Source: Candidatus Bathyarchaeum tardum (lineage in GTDB: Archaea > Thermoproteota > Bathyarchaeia > Bathyarchaeales > Bathyarchaeaceae). Taken from it: a stretch of 64,000 nucleotides of DNA. Within the stretch, counting starts at the first letter, position 1. Every line of letters begins with the position of its first letter. Under the pieces are notes generated by a model. The model was not told the DNA's origin. It saw only the letters and a program-made list of their open reading frames with translations, and ran no database searches. The position numbers and the translations under genes are program-made. Below are positions 49,532 to 60,135 of the stretch, piece after piece. The DNA lies in assembly GCA_024650005.2 (NCBI GenBank), contig CP122380.1, positions 1,088,001 to 1,152,000 of the forward strand. Reading direction: 5' to 3'.

Positions 49532-50845
49532 ATGTATACGACGACCTATGTTCGAATTGAAGAAACATATGTCTTGAATAATAAAACAATAATTTCTCGA
49601 TTATCTTTTTCTAATAATATAAAAAAATACTTCAATTCTTCACTATTTTTTGCAAAGTATGATGTTGACATTCAGGATGTAGACTTAAGTATTTTAAACA
49701 TTCCAGTTGTTGCAAACATAATACCAATTGCTTGGGCAATCGGTGCTGATATTTTTGTTAAAGAACTTGATCAGGTATTTCTACAATCTTTGGATTATAT
49801 AAAATCAATAATGAAAAAATGGTACCCAAATTTTTCTTTTTCAATCCGCATGTTTGTAACAAAGAAAATTGTGAATAACCTATCTCATGAACGTAATGCA
49901 ATGCTGTTCAGTGGCGGACTTGATTCTACATGTTCCTATGTTGAGTGTAAAAACAAAAAACCGATTTTAATAGTGATTTGGGGTGCAGACATTCCACTTG
50001 GGCAAAAGAAGTTTTGGGAAAAGGTTAAAAAGAAAAATATGCAGTTTGCAGAAGCAGAGAATGCTGAAATTAAATTCGTAAAATCTAACATTCGTGGACT
50101 ATTAAATGAGACAAATATAACACGAAAATTTGGGAAGTTTTGTATGGATCAATCATGGTGGGGAGCCGTTCAGCATGGTTTTTCATCTTTGGGTTTATGT
50201 GCTCCTTTAACAGTTACTGAACATATTGGTAACATTTTTATTGCTTCGTCTTGGAATCCAGTTTTATTGAAAAGTGGAAAACCTTGGGGTTCACATCCAG
50301 TTACGGATAACAAAATGTCTTGGGCTAATACGAAGGTAATTCATCATGGTGATACTTTAAGTCGTCAAGAAAAGATTAGGTATGTACTAAAAGAACACAT
50401 AAAAGTTCAACAACATTACCCTACAATAAGGGTTTGTTATTCTCAGTTTGAAGAATTAAACTGTGGAAAATGTGAAAAGTGTTTAAGGACAATCACAGGA
50501 TTACTTTTGGAGAATATTGACCCAAACAAATGTGGATTTAATGTGACCGATGATTTTTGTGCCTTTCTTAAAAAATCATTGTTGAAAACGGGGTCAAATC
50601 CACTTTTGTGTGACACATATGGGATGTGGAAGGATATTCAACACCATATTCCAGAGCGTATTTCTTCTAATTTACATGGTTCTAAAGATTTTTTTGAGTG
50701 GTTTAGATGTATTGAGCTTTCAGAGCGATTTGATAAGAGGAACCCCCATTATTTGTTTTCACTTATGTTAAACAAGTTACCTGTTCGCCTAAGAATCATG
50801 ATCTTTAAACTTCGTAATTTTAAAACATTGGTAAAACAAAAATAA
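49532..50845 (+). CDS. PP-loop (QueC-like) ATP pyrophosphatase-fold protein with Cys cluster
   Basis: FSGGLDS, WGSHP, SRQEKI and RVC...NCGKCEKCLRT motifs. Confidence 0.72.
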   Translation: MYTTTYVRIEETYVLNNKTIISRLSFSNNIKKYFNSSLFFAKYDVDIQDVDLSILNIPVVANIIPIAWAIGADIFVKELDQVFLQSLDYIKSIMKKWYPNFSFSIRMFVTKKIVNNLSHERNAMLFSGGLDSTCSYVECKNKKPILIVIWGADIPLGQKKFWEKVKKKNMQFAEAENAEIKFVKSNIRGLLNETNITRKFGKFCMDQSWWGAVQHGFSSLGLCAPLTVTEHIGNIFIASSWNPVLLKSGKPWGSHPVTDNKMSWANTKVIHHGDTLSRQEKIRYVLKEHIKVQQHYPTIRVCYSQFEELNCGKCEKCLRTITGLLLENIDPNKCGFNVTDDFCAFLKKSLLKTGSNPLLCDTYGMWKDIQHHIPERISSNLHGSKDFFEWFRCIELSERFDKRNPHYLFSLMLNKLPVRLRIMIFKLRNFKTLVKQK

Positions 50846-50870
50846 AATTTTGTTTGAATTTATGCATACT

Positions 50871-52688
50871 TTATTCCTGTTGGTTTAGTGAAATATGCTT
50901 TAGCCAAAGTAAAAATCCTATCATGATTTTTAAACGTGCAGAATTAATAATTTCGTCTTCAAACTCAACTTTAATATCTGCTTTTGGAAGTAACTTTTGT
51001 AATTCATTTTTGTTAAAAAGGTTCATGGCAATGGATTGATTTACATCTGCATTTTGCCTTATTGTTTGCCATCCTGGATTATTAAAATCATATATTCGAT
51101 AATAATATCTTCTTTCTCCTTTCATTTTCATTAGTTTGTGTTGTGTTTTAGAAAATTGACCCTGAGTCATGAAATTTGCTTTTCCATAAACATATTGTTT
51201 TACTCTTTGAAGATAGGTTGGCATTAGTGGAGTTGTATTATAGAAGTTGCGGTCAAGGGGAAGGCGTGCCAATTTTGGAAATTTCTGATTTAATAATTCA
51301 ATTTCCATTTTTCTGTCAGCTAATATATTAAAAGGCATTCCACCAATGACCTCTAACACTTGGTTATCAATAAAAGGAACAATTGGCCATGCTCCAAAAG
51401 AAATCGTCCATAATGAACTTCCTACATGAAACCGTGCTCTATGGTTAAGCCAGAAACCATTTACTTTTTGGAATTCTAACTTTGAATATTTATCATAAAC
51501 CTTTCTTATGTTTTCAAATACATTATGAATTGAATCTTCAAAAAATTCTGGTTTGAGTATTTTAGTTAAACTATTTTTAGAAAATCCCCATTTATTCATT
51601 TTATTAAAAATTTTTTCAAATGAATTGTATTCTTGTAAACACGTTTTTCCTAATATTATGTCCGCGGCGTAACCTACAACAACATTTGGGGCTAACTCTC
51701 TCAAGTATGGATAAAGCCCCCATCTTGTCACCCCACTAAAACCGTTAGCTAAGTGTTCCCATTTATTTTTGATTCTGGCACAAAATAAGTATTTTTCAGG
51801 GTTAATACTTACTTTGTAATGTTCAAAACCTAATTTTCTTGCTACTTTTACTGCACATTTCATTTCGATATCTGTAGACAAGCCTTCAGTCAAGGCTGTT
51901 ACATTTATGCCTCGTTGTTTAAGATAACCCCCTATTAATCTTGAATCAAGACCTCCTGAAAGTAAAAGACTATATTTTGAATCTGTGGCTGTGTGACGAG
52001 TAAACGCTCTTTCGAGTGCTTGATCTACTAATTCCAGTTGTTCCGAAAATGGTAAATTGAAATACTTTGTTGATGCGGGAATATTATATTGATTCAACTC
52101 TCTAGGCTCTTCACCTGATTTCCACATCAGAATGTGTCCAGCCTTTAACCGTTTAACCCCCTTCAACAAAGTTTGACCATTAATTAAGCCATTAGTAAGA
52201 AATATCCCAACTAGTCCTGTTGGATTTAACTCTTTTTTAAAACTTTTATGATGCCTAAATAATTCGGGACTTGATCCAACCAATAAAACATCGTCAGTTG
52301 AATAATAATATATAGGAAAGAAACCTAGCAAATCTGCTCCTATGACAAGACCTTTCTTTGAGTTATACACAAAAGCAGCGTGAAATCCATCAAATGCAAC
52401 TGGAAAAATATTAGAACTTTCATTCCAATATTTTCGTAATTGTTTTGCAGTTATTTTTTCATATCCTTGTTGATTAATTGCATCTCCCCAAATCGTGGCA
52501 ACTCCTTGAGTATCATTAAGCTGACTTACTGGTGTCCAAGAACCAGAAGCCCAAATAGAACTTAATTCTGAGTTTGAAGCTTCAAAAACAGATAAGCCGT
52601 CAACCGGTGATATTAGTGATTTTATTTTCGTTATGAATTTTGTTCGTTGTTTAATATTTGTATCAATAACTATTACAAAATTTACCAA
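50871..52688 (-). CDS. asparagine-synthase-related protein lacking N-terminal Cys
   Basis: D.LG..PIYY, LLLSGGLDSR and PFID motifs. Probable TTG start at 52688 (MVNF) after GGAG. Confidence 0.82.
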   Translation of the reverse strand: MVNFVIVIDTNIKQRTKFITKIKSLISPVDGLSVFEASNSELSSIWASGSWTPVSQLNDTQGVATIWGDAINQQGYEKITAKQLRKYWNESSNIFPVAFDGFHAAFVYNSKKGLVIGADLLGFFPIYYYSTDDVLLVGSSPELFRHHKSFKKELNPTGLVGIFLTNGLINGQTLLKGVKRLKAGHILMWKSGEEPRELNQYNIPASTKYFNLPFSEQLELVDQALERAFTRHTATDSKYSLLLSGGLDSRLIGGYLKQRGINVTALTEGLSTDIEMKCAVKVARKLGFEHYKVSINPEKYLFCARIKNKWEHLANGFSGVTRWGLYPYLRELAPNVVVGYAADIILGKTCLQEYNSFEKIFNKMNKWGFSKNSLTKILKPEFFEDSIHNVFENIRKVYDKYSKLEFQKVNGFWLNHRARFHVGSSLWTISFGAWPIVPFIDNQVLEVIGGMPFNILADRKMEIELLNQKFPKLARLPLDRNFYNTTPLMPTYLQRVKQYVYGKANFMTQGQFSKTQHKLMKMKGERRYYYRIYDFNNPGWQTIRQNADVNQSIAMNLFNKNELQKLLPKADIKVEFEDEIINSARLKIMIGFLLWLKHISLNQQE

Positions 52689-52860
52689 GTGAAGTTTCTC
52701 CAAAAAAGAATTACGAATAAGTGATATTAATTTTTTTAAAAAGGAATGGAGATTAAATTCTAATCTGTTACGTCAATTAATGTTTTAATTATCCGATAAT
52801 TGTATAATTTATTTAAATTAAGTTATCAAAAATTAATTTATTTTTTATACGCTAAAAAAG

Positions 52861-53994
52861 GTGTATGCTTTGAGAGTTGGTGTTTTTAATCCTACTTTTA
52901 ATGTTTATGGTGGGGGTGAATTCGTTGCAGCAGTTATTGCAAATACATTGGCTCAAAATGGGCATGATGTTGTACTTTTCTGTAATGAGAAAATAAACCA
53001 GTTTAATCTCAAAAATTTTTTTGGAACGAGTTTACACCCTTCAATAAAAGAGATTATTAACTCAACTTTTTTTAAACCAACAAATGGATTGTTAGCTTTT
53101 TATCAAAACATTTTTCGCTCTTATGTTGCAAACTTAAAGACGGATATATGGATAGACGTCTTTTCTAATTGTGTTTTTCCTTGGACTAAAATAAGTTACA
53201 TTCATTTTCCATTTTTAAATACTCAAAATTATTCTCTTCGGTTTCCATACCTCAAGTATCCACACACTTTACAAACAGGGGCTTTACCATATGTAATTTT
53301 TGAAAAAACCCTATTTAATCCCAATCATAAACTCGTCATTTCTAACAGCAAATATACTGAAAATGAAATTAAAAAAAATTCTGGTATTAAATCAACTGTA
53401 TTATATCCTCCCATACCGTCTGTGTTTTTTGATAATAAAATAAAAGATTTCGAGAAAAAAGAAAAGGAAAATCTGGTTGTTACTGTATCTCGTTTTGATC
53501 CATCTAAGGGTTTAGAAAAAATTCCATATATTGCCTCATTGACAGATAACGACGTGCATTTTGTGATAATTGGTAGATTACACACCAAAAAGACATTGTT
53601 ATCGTTGAAGAATCTGACAGAAAAATTTGGTCTAACTGATAGAATACATTTTCACTCGGATATTTCAAGAACTGAAATGAAAAAAATTCTAAAAAGGGCA
53701 AAGATATATTTGCACACAAAAGTCGGGGAGCACTTTGGGATTTCGATAGTGGAAGGAATGGCGATGGGGTGTGTAACACTTGCACATGATTCTGGAGGAA
53801 TTAGAGAGTTTGTTCCGGAAAATCTTAGGTATCAAAGCATAACTGAAGCTGCTGAAATAATTTCTAGGGAGATATCTATGTGGAACCCTCAAAAAGTAGT
53901 CGAAAATATTCAACGAGCAGAAAAATTTAGGGAAGAAAATTTTTCAAAAGAATTCATTAACTTATTTGATCGATATTTAAATAAAATTTTATGA
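52861..53994 (+). CDS. GT4 glycosyltransferase (ALG11/ALG2-like motifs)
   Basis: GGGE, SNSKYT, LYPP, SRFDPSKG and EHFGISIVEGMA motifs. Confidence 0.88.
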   Translation: MYALRVGVFNPTFNVYGGGEFVAAVIANTLAQNGHDVVLFCNEKINQFNLKNFFGTSLHPSIKEIINSTFFKPTNGLLAFYQNIFRSYVANLKTDIWIDVFSNCVFPWTKISYIHFPFLNTQNYSLRFPYLKYPHTLQTGALPYVIFEKTLFNPNHKLVISNSKYTENEIKKNSGIKSTVLYPPIPSVFFDNKIKDFEKKEKENLVVTVSRFDPSKGLEKIPYIASLTDNDVHFVIIGRLHTKKTLLSLKNLTEKFGLTDRIHFHSDISRTEMKKILKRAKIYLHTKVGEHFGISIVEGMAMGCVTLAHDSGGIREFVPENLRYQSITEAAEIISREISMWNPQKVVENIQRAEKFREENFSKEFINLFDRYLNKIL

Positions 53995-54143
53995 CCTAAA
54001 AATGATTTAGTACAACATCAGTTTTAACCTATTATCACTATTTAATTAATTCTTTTACTTATCAAAACATATGCAATCCTGAAGGTTTTTATTTGCTTCA
54101 TACATTAGAAACCGAACCTAAAACCAAACTATGACCTTAAGCT

Positions 54144-55733
54144 GTGACATTCATGGATAAAGCCATAATAATGGGAAAAACTTCGGTAACAGGGAGTTTT
54201 CATCTTTTCATTGGAAAAGTGCTATCTAGTATCATACTTGCTGTGGGCTCAATAATTTTAGGGCGAGTAATGGCGCCTGCCGAATATGGGATATACGCTA
54301 TTGCATTAATTCCATCAATGACTTTAACTCTATTTAGAGATTGGGGGATATCAAGAGCAACTATCAAATTTATTTCACAGTATAAATCTCTAGATGAAGA
54401 TGAACTCATTCATGACCTAATTATAACTGGTTCAACATTCAAACTTGCGATTAGTCTGCTTCTATCGCTTCTATCTCTATTTCTTGCGAGTTTTATTGCA
54501 ACAACTATCTTCAATAGACCTGAAACTACTTCTCTAATAGCGATAGCTTCAATCGTAATTCTTTTCGAATCCCTTGTTGGTATTTCGCAATCAATTTTTA
54601 GTGGCTATGAAAGAATGGAATACATTAGTTACATACTTATTTGCCAAGCCATAATAAAAAGTACTGTAGCCCCATTATTGATTCTTTTAGGGTATGGGGC
54701 TATAGGTGCCGTAACAGGTTATGCTTTTTCTTTCATAGTTACTGGATTACTGGGGATAACACTGTTATATTTTAGAGTTTTTAAACATCTTAAAAAATCT
54801 ATTTTTCATTTTTCAGGTAAGATAAAAACGTTGAAATCCATGTTGAAATATGGCTTTCCTATTTCAATTTCTGAAATTCTAGGCAGTTTTCTTTATCAAT
54901 TCTATGCCTTTTTAATGGCTTTTTATGTCACCGATGCTATGGTAGGCAATTATCAAATTGCCGTTAACTTTGCCGTATTCACATCATTTTTTTCATACCC
55001 CTTAGTTACGGTGTTATTTCCCGCATTTTCAAAACTTGATCCCAAACGGGAAATCGAGCTTCTGCGTTCGGTATTTTCATCTGCTGTTAAGTATGCGTCA
55101 TTATTTTTGGTACCTGCTACAATGGCAACAATAATTCTTTCTGGACCTGCGATTGAAACAATATATGGACAAAAGTGGATTGATGCACCATTTTTTTTGT
55201 CACTATATGCTTTACAAAATTTTTTTGTATTGATTGGTGGTTTAGTAGCAGACAACTTTTTAAAAGGTGTAGGAGAAACAAAAATCCTCCTGAAATTAAG
55301 TCTTCTAAGATTAGTGCTTGGTATTGCGTTAGCCTTGTTTTTAATCCCTGTATTCGGAATAGTAGGTGTGATATTGGGAACTTTCTTTGCTGAACTATTA
55401 AATAAACTTTTAAGTATTTTTTGGCTACACAAGCATTACGATGCAAATCCTAATTATAAGAGTTCAATTAAAATCTTCTTGGCATCTGCAGTTAGTGCAC
55501 TGATTACTATTTTTTTCCTTAACCTTCTTGTCATTCCTGATTGGTTAAAATTAATAATTGGAGCTGGCCTTTTCCTGATAATATACATCATTATATTACC
55601 AATCTTTGGAGCCATCACGCAAAGTGATATTCACAAACTTAAAGCAATGTTTTCTAATTTAGGCATAGTTACAAAAATAATTGACATCCCCCTCAACATT
55701 GCCGAGGTAATCTGTTCCATATTACACAAATGA
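54144..55733 (+). CDS. oligosaccharide flippase (Wzx family)
   Basis: PAEYGIY, VGNYQIA, LFPAFSK and IPVFGIVG motifs. Confidence 0.9.
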   Translation: MTFMDKAIIMGKTSVTGSFHLFIGKVLSSIILAVGSIILGRVMAPAEYGIYAIALIPSMTLTLFRDWGISRATIKFISQYKSLDEDELIHDLIITGSTFKLAISLLLSLLSLFLASFIATTIFNRPETTSLIAIASIVILFESLVGISQSIFSGYERMEYISYILICQAIIKSTVAPLLILLGYGAIGAVTGYAFSFIVTGLLGITLLYFRVFKHLKKSIFHFSGKIKTLKSMLKYGFPISISEILGSFLYQFYAFLMAFYVTDAMVGNYQIAVNFAVFTSFFSYPLVTVLFPAFSKLDPKREIELLRSVFSSAVKYASLFLVPATMATIILSGPAIETIYGQKWIDAPFFLSLYALQNFFVLIGGLVADNFLKGVGETKILLKLSLLRLVLGIALALFLIPVFGIVGVILGTFFAELLNKLLSIFWLHKHYDANPNYKSSIKIFLASAVSALITIFFLNLLVIPDWLKLIIGAGLFLIIYIIILPIFGAITQSDIHKLKAMFSNLGIVTKIIDIPLNIAEVICSILHK

Positions 55734-55906
55734 AATTTTTATCTTTTACTTGAACGTTCGCATTAAAATCCGACTAAATCACAAAACTGATATATATAAT
55801 ATTTGATTTGTGTAATAGTTAAATTAACCCTTTTGGTCAATTTACCTGAATAGATAGTTTTATTTTTTTTGTTAAAAAAAGAACCCGTATAAAATTGTAG
55901 GAAAAA

Positions 55907-56857
55907 ATGATTATGTCAAAAAGAAAACAAACTCCACGGGTGAGCATTGGTTTGCCTGTTTTCAATGGCGAAGAATATCTTGAAGAAACGTTGAATTCGA
56001 TTATTTCTCAAAAGTTTACTGATTTTGAACTTATTATTTCAGATAATGGGTCAACTGATAACACTTCAAAAATTTGTCAAGAATACGCGCAAATAGACAA
56101 TAGAATTATTTATTATAAAACTAATAAAAACCGGGGGGCTGCTTGGAATTTTAATCAAGTCTTTAAAATGTCATCAGGTTATTATTTTAAATGGTCTGCC
56201 CATGATGATTTGCATCACCCAGAACACTTGTTGAAATGTGTTCGTGTACTTGATGAAGACCCCTCTATCATAATGTGTTATAGTAAAATTGGTGTTATTA
56301 ATGAGTATGGAGAAAAAAAAGGACATTACGATTACTGTGCTAAACTCGACTCATACAAGCCGGAACATCGTTTCAGTGAAATATTACAGAAGCGCCCCTT
56401 TTTTGCACTTTTTGGCGTTATCAAAAGAAGTGTATTAGAACAAACTCCTTTGTTTGCTGGGTATATTGGTTCAGATTGGAATCTGCTTGGGGAAATTAGC
56501 CTTACAGGTCGTATTTTTGAAATTCCAGAATATTTATTCTTTCGAAGAGAGCATGCGAAAGCTTACACAAATATATACTATTCAAAAAATATTAATATTC
56601 ATGATCATGGCAAAGAATCCCTTTGGTGGACGGGTGCTACAAAAAAACCTTTAATCACCTTGCCTTGCTGGAAAAATTGTTTTGAATTTTTTAAATCTGT
56701 AAATCGTTCCTCACTTAATTTTTCTAAAAAATTGTTGTGTTATAATGAACTTGGAAAATGGTTAACTAAAGGAAGCGGAGGAAAAATGTTATACTTAGAT
56801 TTAAAAAATGAATATAATCTATTTCGTCTTAAATTAAATTATAATAGTTCAAAGTGA
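55907..56857 (+). CDS. GT2 glycosyltransferase
   Basis: VSIGLPVFNGE, SDNGSTD, NRGAAWNFN and WSAHDD motifs. Confidence 0.92.
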   Translation: MIMSKRKQTPRVSIGLPVFNGEEYLEETLNSIISQKFTDFELIISDNGSTDNTSKICQEYAQIDNRIIYYKTNKNRGAAWNFNQVFKMSSGYYFKWSAHDDLHHPEHLLKCVRVLDEDPSIIMCYSKIGVINEYGEKKGHYDYCAKLDSYKPEHRFSEILQKRPFFALFGVIKRSVLEQTPLFAGYIGSDWNLLGEISLTGRIFEIPEYLFFRREHAKAYTNIYYSKNINIHDHGKESLWWTGATKKPLITLPCWKNCFEFFKSVNRSSLNFSKKLLCYNELGKWLTKGSGGKMLYLDLKNEYNLFRLKLNYNSSK

Positions 56858-56948
56858 TTTTATTACTATTTTCCATTTTTTAATCTAGTAATCATATTCT
56901 TAACCATCGCAATGTTTCAAATCAAAATTTTAAAAGTGATATAATATT

Positions 56949-57710
56949 ATGAAAGTTGTAATCCTTGCAGGCGGTCTTGGCACTCGTCTATGTGAAGAAA
57001 CTGTTGACAAACCTAAAGCTATGGTAAAAATTGGGGAGCTTCCAATTCTTTTGCATATTATGAGATATTATTCTGATTTTGGTTTCAATGAGTTTGTGAT
57101 AGCCCTTGGTTACAAAGGTGATTACATAAAGCACTGGATGAAAAACTACAGTGACTTAAATCAGAATATTATTGTAACCACAGAACTAGATGCTGATATT
57201 TCGCAAAATAAAAATGAAAAGAATTGGTTGATCCGCTTAATTGATACTGGTCTTTACACTCAAACTGGTGGACGAATTAAGCGTTTAGAACCTTTACTGG
57301 TTGAGGAACCTTTCATGTTAACTTATTGTGATGGTTTAGCAGATATTAACCTTCACTCTTTAACGAAATTCCATAAATCGCACGGTAATTTGGCGACAGT
57401 AACTGCGGTTAGGCCCCAAAGCCGTTTTGGTCATTTAGTTTTAAATGGTGATCAGGTGTTAAATTTTGAAGAGAAGCCACGTCTTGATTGGGTTAATGGA
57501 GCTTTTTGTGTTTTTGAACCTGGAGTGCTTGATTACATCGAGAATGATAATACCAATTTTATGAAAGAATCATTGAAAAAATTGGCAGACGCGGGAGAAC
57601 TTATGGCTTTTCGCCATAATGGTTTTTGGCAATGTATGGACACGATATCGGAAAAAGTGTTGTTGGAAAAAATTTGGAATACCGGTAAAGCTCCTTGGAA
57701 GAAAGAATGA
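56949..57710 (+). CDS. rfbF: glucose-1-phosphate cytidylyltransferase
   Basis: LAGGLGTRL, LGYKG, DTG..TQTGGRIK, GFWQCMDT and APWK motifs. Confidence 0.9.
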   Translation: MKVVILAGGLGTRLCEETVDKPKAMVKIGELPILLHIMRYYSDFGFNEFVIALGYKGDYIKHWMKNYSDLNQNIIVTTELDADISQNKNEKNWLIRLIDTGLYTQTGGRIKRLEPLLVEEPFMLTYCDGLADINLHSLTKFHKSHGNLATVTAVRPQSRFGHLVLNGDQVLNFEEKPRLDWVNGAFCVFEPGVLDYIENDNTNFMKESLKKLADAGELMAFRHNGFWQCMDTISEKVLLEKIWNTGKAPWKKE

Positions 57711-57802
57711 TTAGCTTTAATTTTTTCTTTGTAATATATTACTTTTAGTAATAGTCTATTTATGTGCTATTAAATAATCGATACATTGTGAAGGAAATAA
57801 AA

Positions 57803-58858
57803 ATGCGTGTGTTGGTAACTGGTCATAAAGGGTATATTGGGTCAGTTATGGTACCGATGCTTTTAAACCGTGGGTTTGATGTTGTTGGGTTAGACAATGA
57901 TTTGTATGAAGGCGCAATTTTTGGTGATGTCTCACTTTATGGCGGGGTGCCTTGTGTTCCTTACCTGCGAAAAGACATACGTGATGTTGAAATCTCTGAT
58001 CTTAACGGCATTAATTCTATAATCCATTTGTGTGCCCTTTCAAATGATCCTTTAGGGAACTTTGATCCAAACATAACTTATGAAATAAATTGTCAGGCAT
58101 CAATAAAATTGGCAAAATTAGCAAAAAAAGCTGGTGTTAATCGTCTAATTTTTACTTCTTCGTGTAGCGTGTACGGGATAGCAAAAACCGATATGGTTAA
58201 TGAAGAATCAGAACCAAATCCAATAACTGCGTATGGAACCTCTAAGCTCCGTGCTGAACAGGCAATTTCTGCTTTAGCTGACTCTAACTTTAGTCCGGTT
58301 TTCATGCGGCCTGCCACAGCCTATGGGGTTTCCCCCATGCTGCGTTTTGATTTGGTTCTCAATAATTTTGTTGCTTGGGCTTACACCAGCAGCATCGTTT
58401 TATTAAAGAGCACGGGAACAGCTTTTCGCCCAATTGTTCATATTGAAGATATTTCCAGAGCATTTATTGCTGCTTTAACTGCTCCTCGAGATGCTGTGCA
58501 TAATCAAGTTTTCAATGTTGGACAAACTAAAGAAAATTACATTATTAAAGACTTGGCTCAAATTGCTAAAGAAACGGTTCCTAAATCAAAAATAAGATAT
58601 GCTAAAGATGCTTCAGTGGACAAACGATCGTATCGTGTTGATTTTAGTAAAATATCTTCCCATATTCCAACATTTAAACCGAAATGGAATGCTCGTTCAG
58701 GTGCAAAACAACTATACGACGCGTTTAAACAATATGGACTTGTTCTTGAAGATTTTGAAGGCCCAAGATATAGGCGAATATCTCATCTCGAAAACAATGT
58801 AGCAAATGGTATTCTAGACAAAGACCTACGTAAGGTAGTGTATAATTGTGACAAATGA
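57803..58858 (+). CDS. NAD-dependent epimerase/dehydratase (extended SDR)
   Basis: [15 protein letters not shown] and YGTSK motifs. Start moved to the ATG at 57803. Confidence 0.9.
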   Translation: MRVLVTGHKGYIGSVMVPMLLNRGFDVVGLDNDLYEGAIFGDVSLYGGVPCVPYLRKDIRDVEISDLNGINSIIHLCALSNDPLGNFDPNITYEINCQASIKLAKLAKKAGVNRLIFTSSCSVYGIAKTDMVNEESEPNPITAYGTSKLRAEQAISALADSNFSPVFMRPATAYGVSPMLRFDLVLNNFVAWAYTSSIVLLKSTGTAFRPIVHIEDISRAFIAALTAPRDAVHNQVFNVGQTKENYIIKDLAQIAKETVPKSKIRYAKDASVDKRSYRVDFSKISSHIPTFKPKWNARSGAKQLYDAFKQYGLVLEDFEGPRYRRISHLENNVANGILDKDLRKVVYNCDK

Positions 58859-60092
58859 TTCCTATTACTGTTCCATCTCAGGTTGTAGATCCTGTGGAAA
58901 CAAAGATCTCAAACAAGTAATTTCCTTTGGTGAGATGCCCATCGCTGATGCTTTACTCACAAAAAAACAACTTGAAGAGCCAGAAATTTTAGTTCCATTA
59001 ACAGTTGTTTTTTGTCCCGAATGTTCACTTTTACAGATTATTGAAACCGTAGATCCTGAAATTTTGTTCTGCCGTGACTATCCATATTTTTCTTCAACTT
59101 CACAAGCTTATTTAGAGCATGCACGAAAAAATGCTGAAAGCTTAATAAAATTAAGAAATTTGACCTCAGAAAGTTTAGTAATTGAACCTGCATGCAATGA
59201 TGGCTATTTGTTAAAAAATTTTTTAGATAAGGGCATCCCTGTTCTTGGGATTGATCCAGCTGAAGCACCTGTGCAAAAAGCAAAAGAATCTGGAATTAAT
59301 GCAATGTGCACTTTTTTTACAAAACAACTTGCACAGCAACTTAAAAAAGATGGCATTCAAGCTGATGTTTTGCTTGCAAACAATGTTCTGGCACATGTTG
59401 CAGACACGAACGGCTTCATTGAAGGAATTCATACAATACTGAAAAACACTGGAGTTGCTGTTATTGAAGTTCCTTATGTTGTTGACATGATTGACAAACG
59501 TGAATTTGACACTATTTATCATCAACACCTGTGCATATTTTCATTAACTGCCCTAGATAACCTGTTTCGCCAACATTCAATGTATATCAATGAAGTTTGC
59601 CATGTTTCTGTACATGGTGGAACTCTGCGAATTTATGTAGAACTAGAAGAAAACGTAGGAAAATCTGTAAAAAAAATGCTGGAAAACGAAATCAGTCGGG
59701 GCATAAACCAGTTTAGTTTTTATCAAGATTTTGCAAAACGAGTAAACGAATTGCGGGATTCACTTATGGAAATTATTGAAAACATCAAAAAACAAGGAAA
59801 AACAATTGCTGCATATGGGGCAGCAGCCAAAGGACAGACATTGATGTGCTACTGCGGAATTGATAAACGGCATATTGATTATGTTGTCGACTTGAACCCG
59901 TTTAAACACGGCCGCTATATGGGAGGCAACCATTTAGAAATATTTCCTACTTCTAAAATCCTGACAGAAATGCCTGATTATGTTTTATTGCTGCCCTGGA
60001 ATTTCAAAGATGAAATATTAGAACAACAAAAAGAATACCGGCAAAAAGGCGGCAAATTCATAATTCCGGTACCAAATCCTGTGATTGTTTAA
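58848..60092 (+). CDS. NDP-hexose C-methyltransferase-like SAM-dependent enzyme
   Basis: Zn site CRSC...CPECSLLQ; [17 protein letters not shown] and YGAAAKG motifs. Confidence 0.88.
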   Translation: MTNDSYYCSISGCRSCGNKDLKQVISFGEMPIADALLTKKQLEEPEILVPLTVVFCPECSLLQIIETVDPEILFCRDYPYFSSTSQAYLEHARKNAESLIKLRNLTSESLVIEPACNDGYLLKNFLDKGIPVLGIDPAEAPVQKAKESGINAMCTFFTKQLAQQLKKDGIQADVLLANNVLAHVADTNGFIEGIHTILKNTGVAVIEVPYVVDMIDKREFDTIYHQHLCIFSLTALDNLFRQHSMYINEVCHVSVHGGTLRIYVELEENVGKSVKKMLENEISRGINQFSFYQDFAKRVNELRDSLMEIIENIKKQGKTIAAYGAAAKGQTLMCYCGIDKRHIDYVVDLNPFKHGRYMGGNHLEIFPTSKILTEMPDYVLLLPWNFKDEILEQQKEYRQKGGKFIIPVPNPVIV

Positions 60093-60135
60093 TTTTTACA
60101 AATTTTGAAATTAACACACCTTTGGATGTAAAAAA

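Noticed and set aside
50871-52688. AsnB-like gene as a lasso-peptide cyclase
   Set aside because: No B1/B2 protein or precursor peptide nearby, and the context is polysaccharide biosynthesis.
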